Below, piece by piece: positions 38,619 through 48,849 of a stretch of DNA of 64,000 nt (positions are counted from its first letter, which is position 1; each line of letters starts with the position of its first letter). Where the stretch lies: positions 4,320,001 through 4,384,000 of the forward strand of contig OZ242318.1 of the NCBI GenBank assembly GCA_965208105.1. The letters run 5' to 3'. The notes beneath the pieces are model-generated. The model did not search any database, was not told the DNA's origin, and saw only the letters and a list, made by a program, of their open reading frames with translations. The translations under genes and the position numbers were made by a program. The DNA comes from Candidatus Latescibacterota bacterium (GTDB lineage Bacteria > Latescibacterota > UBA2968 > UBA8231).

Positions 38619-40022
38619 ATGGCAAGGCGCATCAGGGAAGAGGACCTGCAGGCGATCGAGGAAGTCGTGCGGCCGTACCCGGAGGGCCGGACCGCACGGC
38701 AGATCGGTGATGCCCTGGCCTCGGCGCCGGCCCGCCGAACCCTGCAGTACCGCCTGAAGTCCCTCGTCGACGGCGGTCGCCTGATCATGGAGGGCAAGGG
38801 CCGCTGGGCGAGCTACCGCACCCCCCGGCGGATCTCGGAGGCGGCTCAGCCGGTCGCTTTCAGCTTTGCTACAGGCGTTGCCCGGGGGGAAGTCATACCT
38901 CCGCTGTCCGAAGCCGCGGCCGAGATCCGTGAGCATGTCCGCCAGCCGCTGGAAGCACGTCAGCCGGTCGGCTATGACCGCGCGTTCCTGGATTCGTACC
39001 GGCCCGGAGAAACCTTCTATCTATCGGAGGCGGAACGAGAACACCTTCGAGAAGTGGGCACGCCGAAGGTCCCCGGGCAGCCCGCGGGCACCTACGCCAG
39101 GCGGATCCTGAACAGACTGCTGATCGATCTTTCCTGGAATTCAAGCCGGCTGGAGGGGAACACCTATTCCCTGCTCGACACAACGCGTCTGCTCGAAATA
39201 GGGGAAGAAGCGGAAGGCAAGGAGCGACTCGAAGCGCTGATGATCCTCAACCACAAGGACGCCATCGAGTTCCTGGTCGATGGGGCAGAGGAAATCGGCT
39301 TCAATCGCTATACCCTTCTTAACCTTCACGCGCTGTTGGCGGACAACCTGCTGGCCGACCCGGAGGCGACGGGGCGTCTCAGGCATATCGGCGTGGGTAT
39401 CGCGGGCTCGGTCTTTCATCCGCTGGAGATGCCGCCACTCATCCAGGAATGCTTCGACCAGGTTCTTGCGGCGGCCTCGGCGATCCGCGACCACTTTGAG
39501 CAAGCCTTCTTCGCAATGGTGCAGATTCCCTACTTGCAGCCCTTCGATGATGTCAACAAGCGCGTGTCTCGACTCGCTGCCAACATTCCACTGTTCAAGG
39601 GGAATCTGTCGCCGCTGTCCTTCGAGGACGTGCCTCGCGACCTGTATACCGAAGCCATACTCGGAGTGTACGAGCTGAAACGCATCGAACTGCTGCGCGA
39701 CGTGTTCCTCTGGGCATATGGCCGCTCGGCCGCCCGTTACGCCGCAGTCAGGCAGTCCCTTGGCGAGCCCGATCCATTCCGGATGAGGCACCGCACGGAG
39801 CTGCGCGAGATCGTTGGCGCCGTCGTTCGCGGGCGCATGGACATGAAGCAGGCCGCCGCCCACATCAGCTCCTGGACACAGGAGCACATCGATGCGCGGG
39901 ATGGGGAACGGTTTCGCGAGATTGCCGAGCGCGAACTTCTGAGCCTGCACAAGAGGAACTGCGCTCGCTATCGGGTCACCCCGTCCGAATTCGAGGCATG
40001 GCAGGAAGTCTGGAGGGAGTAG
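38619..40022 (+). CDS. Fic family protein with N-terminal winged HTH
   Basis: RRTLQYRL; SSRLEGNT; Fic motif variant QPFDDVNKRVSR. Confidence 0.9.
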   Translation: MARRIREEDLQAIEEVVRPYPEGRTARQIGDALASAPARRTLQYRLKSLVDGGRLIMEGKGRWASYRTPRRISEAAQPVAFSFATGVARGEVIPPLSEAAAEIREHVRQPLEARQPVGYDRAFLDSYRPGETFYLSEAEREHLREVGTPKVPGQPAGTYARRILNRLLIDLSWNSSRLEGNTYSLLDTTRLLEIGEEAEGKERLEALMILNHKDAIEFLVDGAEEIGFNRYTLLNLHALLADNLLADPEATGRLRHIGVGIAGSVFHPLEMPPLIQECFDQVLAAASAIRDHFEQAFFAMVQIPYLQPFDDVNKRVSRLAANIPLFKGNLSPLSFEDVPRDLYTEAILGVYELKRIELLRDVFLWAYGRSAARYAAVRQSLGEPDPFRMRHRTELREIVGAVVRGRMDMKQAAAHISSWTQEHIDARDGERFREIAERELLSLHKRNCARYRVTPSEFEAWQEVWRE

Positions 40023-40309
40023 GGCTGCCGGCGGTGCCCGCGCCGAGGGCCCCGCCGCAGCCGCAGTTCGAGTTCGTAGCCTGACCTCCTCCGCTATTCG
40101 CTCCCTGCGCCGAGAGCCGTACGGGGGAGTGCGCCCTCGAGTACAAGATTGACCCCTGAAACGCGCCGAAATCCTTTACAACGGTGCTTGGAGCATTCCG
40201 GAACGATTCGGTGCGACGACCAGCGAGCCATCAGGGACCCTACCGGACCCTTGACAACGGTTTCAGCGAATGGCATAGTACCGATATCGGTGCCTTATTT
40301 TTCCTATAC
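40011..40309 (+). mobile_element. IS91/ISCR-like end, family B copy 4
   Basis: EGVGLPAVPAPRAPPQPQFEFVA* plus tail; TTGACA(40251)-17-CATAGT; ends in TTCCTATAC. Confidence 0.85.
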
Positions 40310-40310
40310 A

Positions 40311-40875
40311 TCTCAGAGGCCTTTGCATGCACGAATACTCCGAAGTCTCATTCCATCCGTGGGTTGGGAGGGACTGTCTGCAAAGCCGATTCGGGTCCGT
40401 GTGCTAGTATTGGGTGAGTCTCACTACGGCGGGGATGATGTACCTCCGGACTTTACGTCGAAGGTCGTGGAAACTGGGACAAGAAACCCGTTACCCTTTC
40501 TTTACGGTCATTACCAAGATTCTTCTTGGAAACACAGGCTGGATCACCAATGAGGATCGCGCAGGTGTATGGGAAGACGTGGCGTTCTACAACTTCGTGC
40601 AGGACTTCGTAGGGAATCAGCCGAGAAACCGGCCGACCTTTCGCCAGTGGGTTGATGCTCAGGAGCCCTTCGAGACGGTGCTAGCAGCGCTTCGACCCCA
40701 TGCGGTGCTCATCCTTGGATCTGATTTGGCGGACCATATGCTGTTCCTCAATAGCGAACGGCAGTCCATTCGATATGGGCGACAGGAGGCCGAGGCTGTA
40801 GCCGGCATCATTCAACACCCCTCAGGGCCCATGAGATACAGCGAGGGTATACCGGCCTTCGAGAACCGGCTGTGA
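40311..40875 (+). pseudogene. Frameshifted hypothetical (UDG-like fold) gene
   Basis: VLVLGESHY in one frame, WEDVAFYNFVQ..RPT..HPS in another. Confidence 0.6.
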
Positions 40876-40944
40876 AGGGCTCGGGAACTAGGCGGGCCGT
40901 GACAGGCGCAGCCCTATGGCGACGCAACAGGAGTTAATTGGGAC

Positions 40945-41748
40945 GTGGAATTTGTCCGGTATGTGATTGCTTTCTTCCTCATTGGATGGGGCGGGTCGAT
41001 CATTGGGACCATCCTCTTTGTGGCCGTCTCTCCTTTTGTAGGAGCGCTTCGAAATACGAATCCGGGGCGAGCACTAACAGCTGTCACGAACGGAGCTGGC
41101 GTTCTTGGGGCGATCTATGCCTTTACCGTGATCTGCAGTTGGACAGGGGGCGAGGCTAAGCTCAGCATGTTGGCGCTTCCTCTGTTGCTGACGCTGAAGA
41201 ACATCATCTGGCGGATCAGGAGGGCCCAAGTGGCGGATTCGGTCCCGGGACTGGTACTGTCCGGTGACCGGGACTTGCGGTCCGGGGTGGTAAGAACGGA
41301 ACGGATGAACTTGATGGCAGATGTGATGGCCTTCGCCTTAGGCGTCTTCATAGTTGGCATTCCGAACGGTGGCCCAGATCTCTCGGTGAAGAGACTTGTC
41401 GCGCGGTGTGTCCAGGAGCCAATGGTGGTTGTCCAGGATTACTACAGTCGGCCGCACGTCGGCCCGGGGGTGTTGTCGCGGGTTCCAGTCAGTCAAGTCC
41501 TAGAAACGGCCCGTCGGAACAGAATGGTGGAATTGAGTGAGCTGTCCGGTGAGCACCGAGTGCTTGTCGAGGCACGTATGGAGGAGCTTGCTCGGTGGAT
41601 AGACATGAACACCACCGTTACGGCCAAAGGGCCCGCTGGACCGTTAGCCGAAGTCGGTGGGGGAGTGACAACCGTGGAGCTGCCTGACTCCGAGGCAGTG
41701 AACTCAAAGGCAAGGGCCCTCTGTGTCGAGCTATTTGAGACTTGGTAG
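40945..41748 (+). CDS. Hypothetical membrane protein
   Basis: 267-aa ORF with about four hydrophobic segments. Confidence 0.5.
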   Translation: MEFVRYVIAFFLIGWGGSIIGTILFVAVSPFVGALRNTNPGRALTAVTNGAGVLGAIYAFTVICSWTGGEAKLSMLALPLLLTLKNIIWRIRRAQVADSVPGLVLSGDRDLRSGVVRTERMNLMADVMAFALGVFIVGIPNGGPDLSVKRLVARCVQEPMVVVQDYYSRPHVGPGVLSRVPVSQVLETARRNRMVELSELSGEHRVLVEARMEELARWIDMNTTVTAKGPAGPLAEVGGGVTTVELPDSEAVNSKARALCVELFETW

Positions 41749-41959
41749 TGGGGACGGCGAGTGGTCGTACTAGCGGTGGGTCCGAGGCCGGAGTTGCACG
41801 GAAACCGGCGAGCGGGTGGCGCTGACCGAGCGGCAGATGGTGCAGCTGGGCTTCGGCGGCCACTCCTCCTGCGAGCCGCTGGACCTGCCGGAGAAAGCGG
41901 CCGACCTTCTGGCCCAGGTGTTCCCCCTTCTACTTCCCCATCTGGGAGCTGGACCGCTC

Positions 41960-42310
41960 ATGAATCGCACCTTCCCAGTTGACCTGCAGACCCACACGAC
42001 CTTCTCGGACGGCAGGGACACGCCGGAAGAGCTGGTCTCCAAGGCGGCGGCCTCCGGCATCCGCGTGCTCGCCGTGACGGACCACGACAGCGTTCAGGGC
42101 GTGGCTGCGGCCAGGGCCGCCGGCGCGAAGGCGGGTGTGCACGTACTCCCGGCCATCGAGCTGAGCACGGCCAAAGAGGAGGATCGTGAATGACCGAGAC
42201 CATCGAGAAGCCGGACCTCGGGTACAGGTAGGGGTTCGCCACAAGCGAGCTGGATGCGATGTCAAAGTGCCTGGAGGTGCACGGCTTCGCCATCATCAAG
42301 GAGGTGTGCT
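41960..42310 (+). pseudogene. Truncated PHP-domain gene joined to a PhyH-like N-terminal fragment
   Basis: DLQTHTTFSDG, AVTDHD, ELST then a break; LEVHGFAIIKEV with an internal stop upstream. Confidence 0.65.
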
Positions 42311-42764
42311 GTCGAGGATAGGACGGATAGGGGTTATCCGTCGTTAGTCGATGTCCTACAGTGAAGGCGTTTCGGGGCTTTCGCGGGGGCGGACGGGGTG
42401 GAAGTGCTAGAGTTTGAGGGGGTTAAGCGGAGGGCGGGAGGACCTGCGGAGCCGCACGTGGAGTGGTCTGGCCTGGAACGGCGGCGTCGCCCACCGATCG
42501 CAGCGGTAGAGCGCCGCGCCGGGCTGGCCGCCGGCGAGCGAGGACGGGGTCTGGCTAGGACGTCTCGGTGGCCGACGGCTGGCTAGGCCGCCTCGTCGAG
42601 TGGAGCTGTCGGTCGAGGCGGGCTGGAGAGAAGCGCTCACGCGCCGGCAGACCGACGCCGGGAATACCTCTTGAATGGTTAGCGTCTCAATCTGGGCCTT
42701 CCCCCTCACCTTTCCGAACGATTCGTCTCCTGCCCTCGATCGCGAAATCCCAGCAAGGTGAAAC

Positions 42765-44435
42765 ATGACGACGAAATTCCTTAAGCATTTTCCAAAGCCG
42801 TTGCTTGATGATCTTGTCGCCTGTCGCTGGCTTCCAATTGTTGGAGCCGGATTGTCGAAAAATGCTGATCTCCCCTCAGCGACCATGCCGCTTTGGGCTG
42901 AGCTTGGTAGGAATCTCGCCATGGACATGCAAGATTATGAATATGTCTATCCCATTGATGCTATTTCGGCTTACGCGCATGAGTTCGGTCGTCCAAAACT
43001 CATCGAAAAGTTGTCCGATCTGCTACTCATAGGTGAGGCTCGCCCAGGCAAAACACACCGTGCATTCTGCTCCATCCAATTCGATATCGTTTGCACCACC
43101 AATCTGGACTTCCTCCTTGAGAGGCAGTACGAGCGCGCCCTCAAGTCTTGCACGCCCCTCATTGGTGAAGATCAGCTGTCCATCAAGCTGCAGGAATCAA
43201 GCGTGGCGCTATTGAAGCTGCATGGAGACCTCAACCACCCAGACCGCTTAGTTGCCACTGAAGAAGATTACGACACCTTTCTTGAGCGCTATCCTAGCGT
43301 CGCGACATATCTCGCCAACCTCCTCATCACCCGAACAGCTGTCTTGATCGGATACAGTTTGGATGATCCAGACTTCCGTCAAGTGTGGCAAGTCGTCGGA
43401 GAACGACTTGGTAAGGCACGACGGATGGCCTACGCACTATGTGTTGGCGCGCGGCCTGCGGACGTGACACGGTTCGAACGTCGGGGGGTAAAGGTCATAA
43501 ATTTGCCTGGAAAGAAGAGCAAGTATGGAGAGATTCTCTCTGAAGCCTTTGGCGAGCTAAAGAACTATTGGCAGGAACAGATCGTACCCGAGAGTCGGGT
43601 TATAGAAGAAGAGCCATTGCAAGAGCTTTCGCTTCCAAGAGGCTCTGCTACTAGGCTTTGCTTCTTTGCGCTCCCCCTATCGGCGCACCCATTCTATCGT
43701 ATGCGGGTGTTCCCACTAGTGCGAGAGGTAGGGCTCGTCCCTGTGACCGCAGATGAAGTCATCTCTCCGGGCGAAAGTGTCGTCGCGAAAGTAGAAGCTC
43801 TAATCTCTCGAGCGTCTTTCGTCGTTGTCGATGCGTCTAGCGAGTTCACATTGGCTGAAGCTCGCATGGCGCTTGGGCAAAATGAGCCAGGTAGGCTTTG
43901 CGTAATCATTGAAGAAGGTGCCCCCATTCCCGTTGAGATCCAGCGCCCCGAAATCCTTCGCGAGTCAGATTTGGCATCAGAGGAAGACGCACTTGTTCCC
44001 ATTGAGCGCCAGCGTATTAAGGTCCTCAGCAGGCCTGATCTTGTGTCCGTGGAAGTTGGACAATTCCTTCGCGATTTGGAAGAGTGGCTTCGAGAAGCGG
44101 TGGGCGGACTGAAGCCGAGGCTATCTGGAGAAACGCGGCGTCTCTTTCACGCCCGAGAGTACAGGGCAGCGGTCATTTCAGCGATTACGAATCTCGAGAC
44201 GGTATTGAGGGAGCGGCTTGATGTGCCAATCAGCAGAGGCAGAAAGTTCATATCTCTGCGAGAAATGCTCGATACCGCTGATAAAAAAGGTTTGCTTGGA
44301 AAGTATAGAGCCGCCCAAGTCTCGCAATGGCTGAAGATTCGTAATTATGTGGTGCACGGCCATGGATCTGTATCCGAAAAAGCTGCGCGGGAGATTGTAC
44401 GCGGAGTCGAGGAGATTCTGGGCCCTACTGCGTAG
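42765..44435 (+). CDS. SIR2-like domain protein with TIR/NDT-like middle and HEPN-like C-terminus (defence candidate)
   Basis: IVGAGLS, TTNLD, KLHGD, IGYSLDDPD; CFFALP..ADE..ISRASFVVVDAS; RNYVVH. Confidence 0.8.
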   Translation: MTTKFLKHFPKPLLDDLVACRWLPIVGAGLSKNADLPSATMPLWAELGRNLAMDMQDYEYVYPIDAISAYAHEFGRPKLIEKLSDLLLIGEARPGKTHRAFCSIQFDIVCTTNLDFLLERQYERALKSCTPLIGEDQLSIKLQESSVALLKLHGDLNHPDRLVATEEDYDTFLERYPSVATYLANLLITRTAVLIGYSLDDPDFRQVWQVVGERLGKARRMAYALCVGARPADVTRFERRGVKVINLPGKKSKYGEILSEAFGELKNYWQEQIVPESRVIEEEPLQELSLPRGSATRLCFFALPLSAHPFYRMRVFPLVREVGLVPVTADEVISPGESVVAKVEALISRASFVVVDASSEFTLAEARMALGQNEPGRLCVIIEEGAPIPVEIQRPEILRESDLASEEDALVPIERQRIKVLSRPDLVSVEVGQFLRDLEEWLREAVGGLKPRLSGETRRLFHAREYRAAVISAITNLETVLRERLDVPISRGRKFISLREMLDTADKKGLLGKYRAAQVSQWLKIRNYVVHGHGSVSEKAAREIVRGVEEILGPTA

Positions 44436-44547
44436 ATAAGCGAGCCCATACTTTTGTAGGACATGTGGATCGATACATTCCACCGCCGGCACTGACCATA
44501 GCGCGACATCCACCGCTTGTTCTTTCTTCCCGTATCGTTGCGGCCGG

Positions 44548-44715
44548 CGGGGCGCGGAAATCGAGCCGGACCGTCGCACCTTCGAGGTCAAGCGCGCCTC
44601 GGAGTTGATTCTCCAAGTATCGTTCGTAGTGGGCCGGGACGCCATCCGGCCAGCTGGTGTACACGGCAATTTTTAGCGGCTTGGTTTCAACCTGGGTAGC
44701 GTAATAGAAGCGCAC
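44548..44715 (-). pseudogene. der: C-terminal KH-like fragment of ribosome GTPase Der/EngA
   Basis: RFYYATQVETKP......YERYLENQLR..LDLEG..VRLDFR. Confidence 0.75.
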
Positions 44716-45411
44716 CGGCCCCTGGTGACTGCGCCTCCATGGTGGCGCGCTGAGCCTCCAAGGGCCTTGACCACGCCGGGTCGAGCTACGGTCGTGGTGA
44801 GCCAGCCCTTATCGACTCCGCCCGCCTTCGCGGTGCCAACGCTCGCCAGCCAAGAATCGGGGGCTTCCGTCCTCACGCCAACGTTTCCGGGTATTTCTGC
44901 GCTCTGATCCCCCGTACTCGTCCTCGAATCGCCCAAGCCCGCAGGCCATTGTGATGGCTCCTTACCTCCACGCGCTACAACGATCAGGCCGCCTCAGGTG
45001 ACTCACCAAGTCATGGAAGCCGGTCGCTTTCCCGCAGATACGTCGCCATCCCTTCTTGCAGAGACGCATGGAGCTGGAGGAGAATACCCAAGCGACCGTA
45101 GAGTTGCCGAAGCTGGACTATCGGTTCGTCCGTGTCTTCGTCGTCTTCCAGGGCCAATCCGAGCAAACCAACGGCCGTCAATAACTGGCCTGGAAGTCCA
45201 GATATCGTTCGAGCGCATCGTATTGTCTGGCACGCTCGACCAACCAATCGTAGTCCAGTTACGGCCCTGCCTGACTGGCTTGCGCTACGCACCACGCAGC
45301 CCTGGAAACCTCCGGGGGACTCAACCCGAAATCCAGACTAAAGCTGGTACAGGGGGCGTCCCGCGTTGCATTTCGATCAGCACCTGCAAATGCGTTCCCG
45401 ATCTTATCTCG

Positions 45412-45868
45412 CGCTTCGAGCGCTCCTCCCTGCGCCCATCGCCTGGGGTGGGTGGCCCTGCTCGCCCCCATGTTTGCCACCGACCTCAGCGCCTGCCCGG
45501 CCGGCCTGTGGCGGTCGCCTGAGGATCATCGCTGCTCTGACCGATCCAGCCTCGGTTCGGACCTATTTGGAGGGCGTAGGGCTGCCGGCGGTGCCCCCGC
45601 CGAGGGCCCCGCCTCAACCCCAGTTCGAGTTCGCCGCCTGACCTCCTCCGCGATTCGCTCCCTGCTCCGAGCGCCGTACGGCGGAGTGCGCCCTCAAGTA
45701 CCAGATTGACCCCTGAAACGCGCCGAAATCCTTTACAACGGTGCTCGGAGCATTGGCGAACGATTGGGTGCGACGACCAGCGATTCATCAGGGACATCCT
45801 ACCGGACCCTTGACAACGGTTTCAGCGAATGGCACAGTACCGATATCGGTGCCTTATTTTTCCTATAC
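45412..45868 (+). mobile_element. IS91/ISCR-like end, family B copy 5 (about 75 transposase codons plus tail)
   Basis: CGGRLRIIAALTDPASVRTYLEGVGLPAVPPPRAPPQPQFEFAA*; ends in TTCCTATAC. Confidence 0.88.
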
Positions 45869-46104
45869 ATCGTGCCGGTGGCGAACCAATTCGTATGCGA
45901 CGAACTTATCATACGCTGGCTAAGAGAGACCAACGTCCTGCGAGTTGTGGAGTCAATCGACAAGGGTCTGGTGCAAGCGACATTCGACCCACAGATCATC
46001 GAAGGATGAACCTGATGGTTCGCCTGCGAGCCTTGATCTTTGACATTGAATGTGTTAATCGCCGGTATGGTGCCGGCGTGTTAACCTCAAACAAGGAGGT
46101 GCAA

Positions 46105-46422
46105 ATGCACCGAGTTGTCCTCCTGCTTGGGACGTTCCTTATTGGGGCCACCGTAGGGACTGATATTCCTTGGGCCGATAAGGACACCACCAAGCAGGAG
46201 CTATCTAGACCCAAGTGGCCGAAGGGTAAGACAGTCGAAGAGCGACTGACGATCCTTGAGGCCAGGGTCAACGCAGTGGAAGAGGGGATATGGGAGGCAA
46301 CCGGGTTGATAGATAAACAGGATCGCAAGATCGTGGATGCTATCAACAAGGCCTCTCTCAGAATTGAGATTAATACTGAGGCTATACAGCGGCTAGTGCA
46401 AATCGTGGACAGGTATCACTAA
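46105..46422 (+). CDS. Small putatively secreted coiled-coil protein
   Basis: RBS AAGGAGGT, hydrophobic N-terminus, heptad-like C-terminus. Confidence 0.55.
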   Translation: MHRVVLLLGTFLIGATVGTDIPWADKDTTKQELSRPKWPKGKTVEERLTILEARVNAVEEGIWEATGLIDKQDRKIVDAINKASLRIEINTEAIQRLVQIVDRYH

Positions 46423-46450
46423 AACCTGAGGGGTAGGGCTGAGGAGTCGA

Positions 46451-46912
46451 CGGCGTCGGACCGTCCTTCGAGCGCTCCTCCCTGCGCCCATCGGCTGCGG
46501 TGAGCGACCCTGCTGGAGCGGGTGTTTTCCTCCGACCTCAGCGCATGCGCGACCTGTGGCGGGCGCCTGCGGATCGTCGCCGCCCTGATCGATCCGGCCT
46601 CGATCCGGACCTATCTAGAGGGGGTAGGGCTGCCGGAGGTAACCCCGCCGAGGGCCTAGCCCGCAACCGCAGTTCGAGTTCGCCGCCTGACCTCCTCCGC
46701 GATTCGCTCCCGGCGCCGAGAGCCGTACGGTGGAGTGCGCCCTCAAATACCAGGTTGACTCCTGAACCGCGCCGAAATCCTTTTCAACGGTGCTCGGAGC
46801 ATTGGCGAACGATTCGGTGCGACGACCAGCGATTTATCAGGGACCCTACCGGACCCTTGACAACGGTTTAAGCGAATGGCATAGTACCGATATCGCCTTA
46901 TTTTTCTTATAC
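46451..46912 (+). mobile_element. IS91/ISCR-like end, family B copy 6
   Basis: Direct repeat of 45412-45868 with indels; ends in ttcttatac. Confidence 0.88.
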
Positions 46913-47976
46913 ATCCGCCAACCGCGCCTGCCCCGGACCGGCGCCGCTCCGGCTCCCGACGGTGTGGGGCGGATTCGAGAAGCCGAGACTGGATTTGATG
47001 GAAAGCTGCTCGCGGCGATGGCCGATGAGTGACTGCGAGATCAGGTGCGGGGAGTGTTTCCGAGGTGCACGTGCCGGCCCGTTCGTGCTAGCTTTTGTTC
47101 ATGACCGGATCGACCGACAACATCGAGGCCGTCGCGCGTGCCGTGAGGGCGAAGAGCCTCGCGCACATGGAAAGAGGGAGGAGCAACTCGCTACCGACGC
47201 GGAAATGTACTGGCATGTCGGGGCCACGTACCTGGAAGCCGGAGTGATGGACGAATCCGGGCGAGAGATCGGGGGCCTGAGCTGGGTCGAGAAACTGGAC
47301 ATCACCGGCGATTGGCTTCGGCGGCACCCGGAGTCCTCGGCGACGTGGCGGAAGGCGCGGTACGGATCGCCTCTACCTCGGACGAGAAGGGCAGGATCGG
47401 CAGTAGATCGAGGGACGGCGACAGGCGAGGACAGGACGGGTCGGGATGTGGAATCCAGGCGGTTTCGGTGCGATGACGATTTTCACTCCCGTCGGGCGGG
47501 CACGCGGGAAAATGTCGAGCGGAGACAACGGATTGATGCGGGCCCGGCGACGCGGCTACCGCCAAAACGACGAAACTGGCAGAAACATGGTTGAGGGCAT
47601 GTGGCAGCGCATTGCAGAGTAACCCCGAACACCTCCAAGTCTTAACTGGCCGTATGGCACGAGGATGGACTCCAGGGATGCTTCAGACTTGGAATCCACT
47701 AGGTTTCTATATGATGACCGGCGTTCCAGCCGGTGCGGTATTGTTGTGCCGAAATACCAGCTCAACCCCGTGCTTGCAGCCATGACCGGGGTCCGATTAG
47801 ACGGTCGATGGCATATGAGGCAAAAAGATCGTGAATGAACAAAATGCTACCCAACTGTAGTCGCGAATGCCCCGGATTTGAGCTTCCAGTCCACCGGGCA
47901 AGTACTCGCAAGGTTGTCTGCAAGCCAACAAGAGAAAAGCAACTAAATTTGCTTCATGGCTTAGAGAGTCCACCCA

Positions 47977-48849
47977 ATGCTGAATAACTTCTTTTCGCTA
48001 AATGGACAGATTGAAACAATGAGTGATTCGGTAGTCCTGGATACTCACTTTAGAACCAGCAGTTCTTTGGAAAACACGTTGTATCAACCATCCAGTATTG
48101 CCGTTGCTCAAAGAACACTATTCAAAGCCAGGACATTTAAGAACGTAAGCTTCTCTAAGACATTATTTCGAAGAATGACGTTTACAGATTGCGAATTTGA
48201 AGACTGCCTCTTTATCGGAGCAAGGTTTGCAGAAGTTCAATTTCATAGATGCAAGTTTGTCAATTGCAATTTCTACAAATGCTCCCTAAGCAAGTGCTAC
48301 TTGGATCCGAACTGCTTTAGTTTCAGCCCTTCTCTCAATAAAACCCATGCAAATGTTATGACAGAGTTATTTCACAGTTTGCTTGTGAATGCGAAGTCAG
48401 AAAGTCAACATCGGCACGCAGAAGATGCCGATATCATGTTTCGAAGATGGCTGCTGTGGCAGCGATCATACGAACGGAGAACAAAGAAGATAAGCTATTT
48501 TCGATTCGCGAAGGAGTGGATAATAAATAAGGCGGGAGATTGTGTCTTTGGATTTGGCTATCGGCCCTTCAAATTTGCTATGTCCAGCATACTATTTTTG
48601 CTAATTTGCAGCGTCCTGACTCATGTCTGGTGGTCTAAACTTGGAATGCACAATAGTAATGGAGCGATTGAAGATTATTCATTTATCAGTGCTATATACT
48701 ATACGGTAGTGGTCACTACGACGTTAGGATTTGGGGACATAATACCAACGACAGTGCCTGGTCAATTATTCGCTTCGTTTCTATCCGTTGTAGGATTGAT
48801 CTGGTTTAGTCTTTTGGCGGCGCTGGTCATCCGAAAAGTGGTGCGCTGA
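47977..48849 (+). CDS. Pentapeptide-repeat plus two-TM K+-channel-like protein (Hailong HalA-like)
   Basis: FKNVSF..FTDCEFEDCLF..FHRCKFVNCNF; GFGYRP; filter TTTLGFGD; AT-rich. Confidence 0.8.
   Translation: MLNNFFSLNGQIETMSDSVVLDTHFRTSSSLENTLYQPSSIAVAQRTLFKARTFKNVSFSKTLFRRMTFTDCEFEDCLFIGARFAEVQFHRCKFVNCNFYKCSLSKCYLDPNCFSFSPSLNKTHANVMTELFHSLLVNAKSESQHRHAEDADIMFRRWLLWQRSYERRTKKISYFRFAKEWIINKAGDCVFGFGYRPFKFAMSSILFLLICSVLTHVWWSKLGMHNSNGAIEDYSFISAIYYTVVVTTTLGFGDIIPTTVPGQLFASFLSVVGLIWFSLLAALVIRKVVR

Noticed and set aside
42322-42342. gacggata/tatccgtc hairpin as a recombination site
   Set aside because: Single 8-bp stem with no second copy seen.
46962-47594. 210-aa ORF after B6
   Set aside because: No recognisable motif and looks like degraded sequence; no product can be supported.
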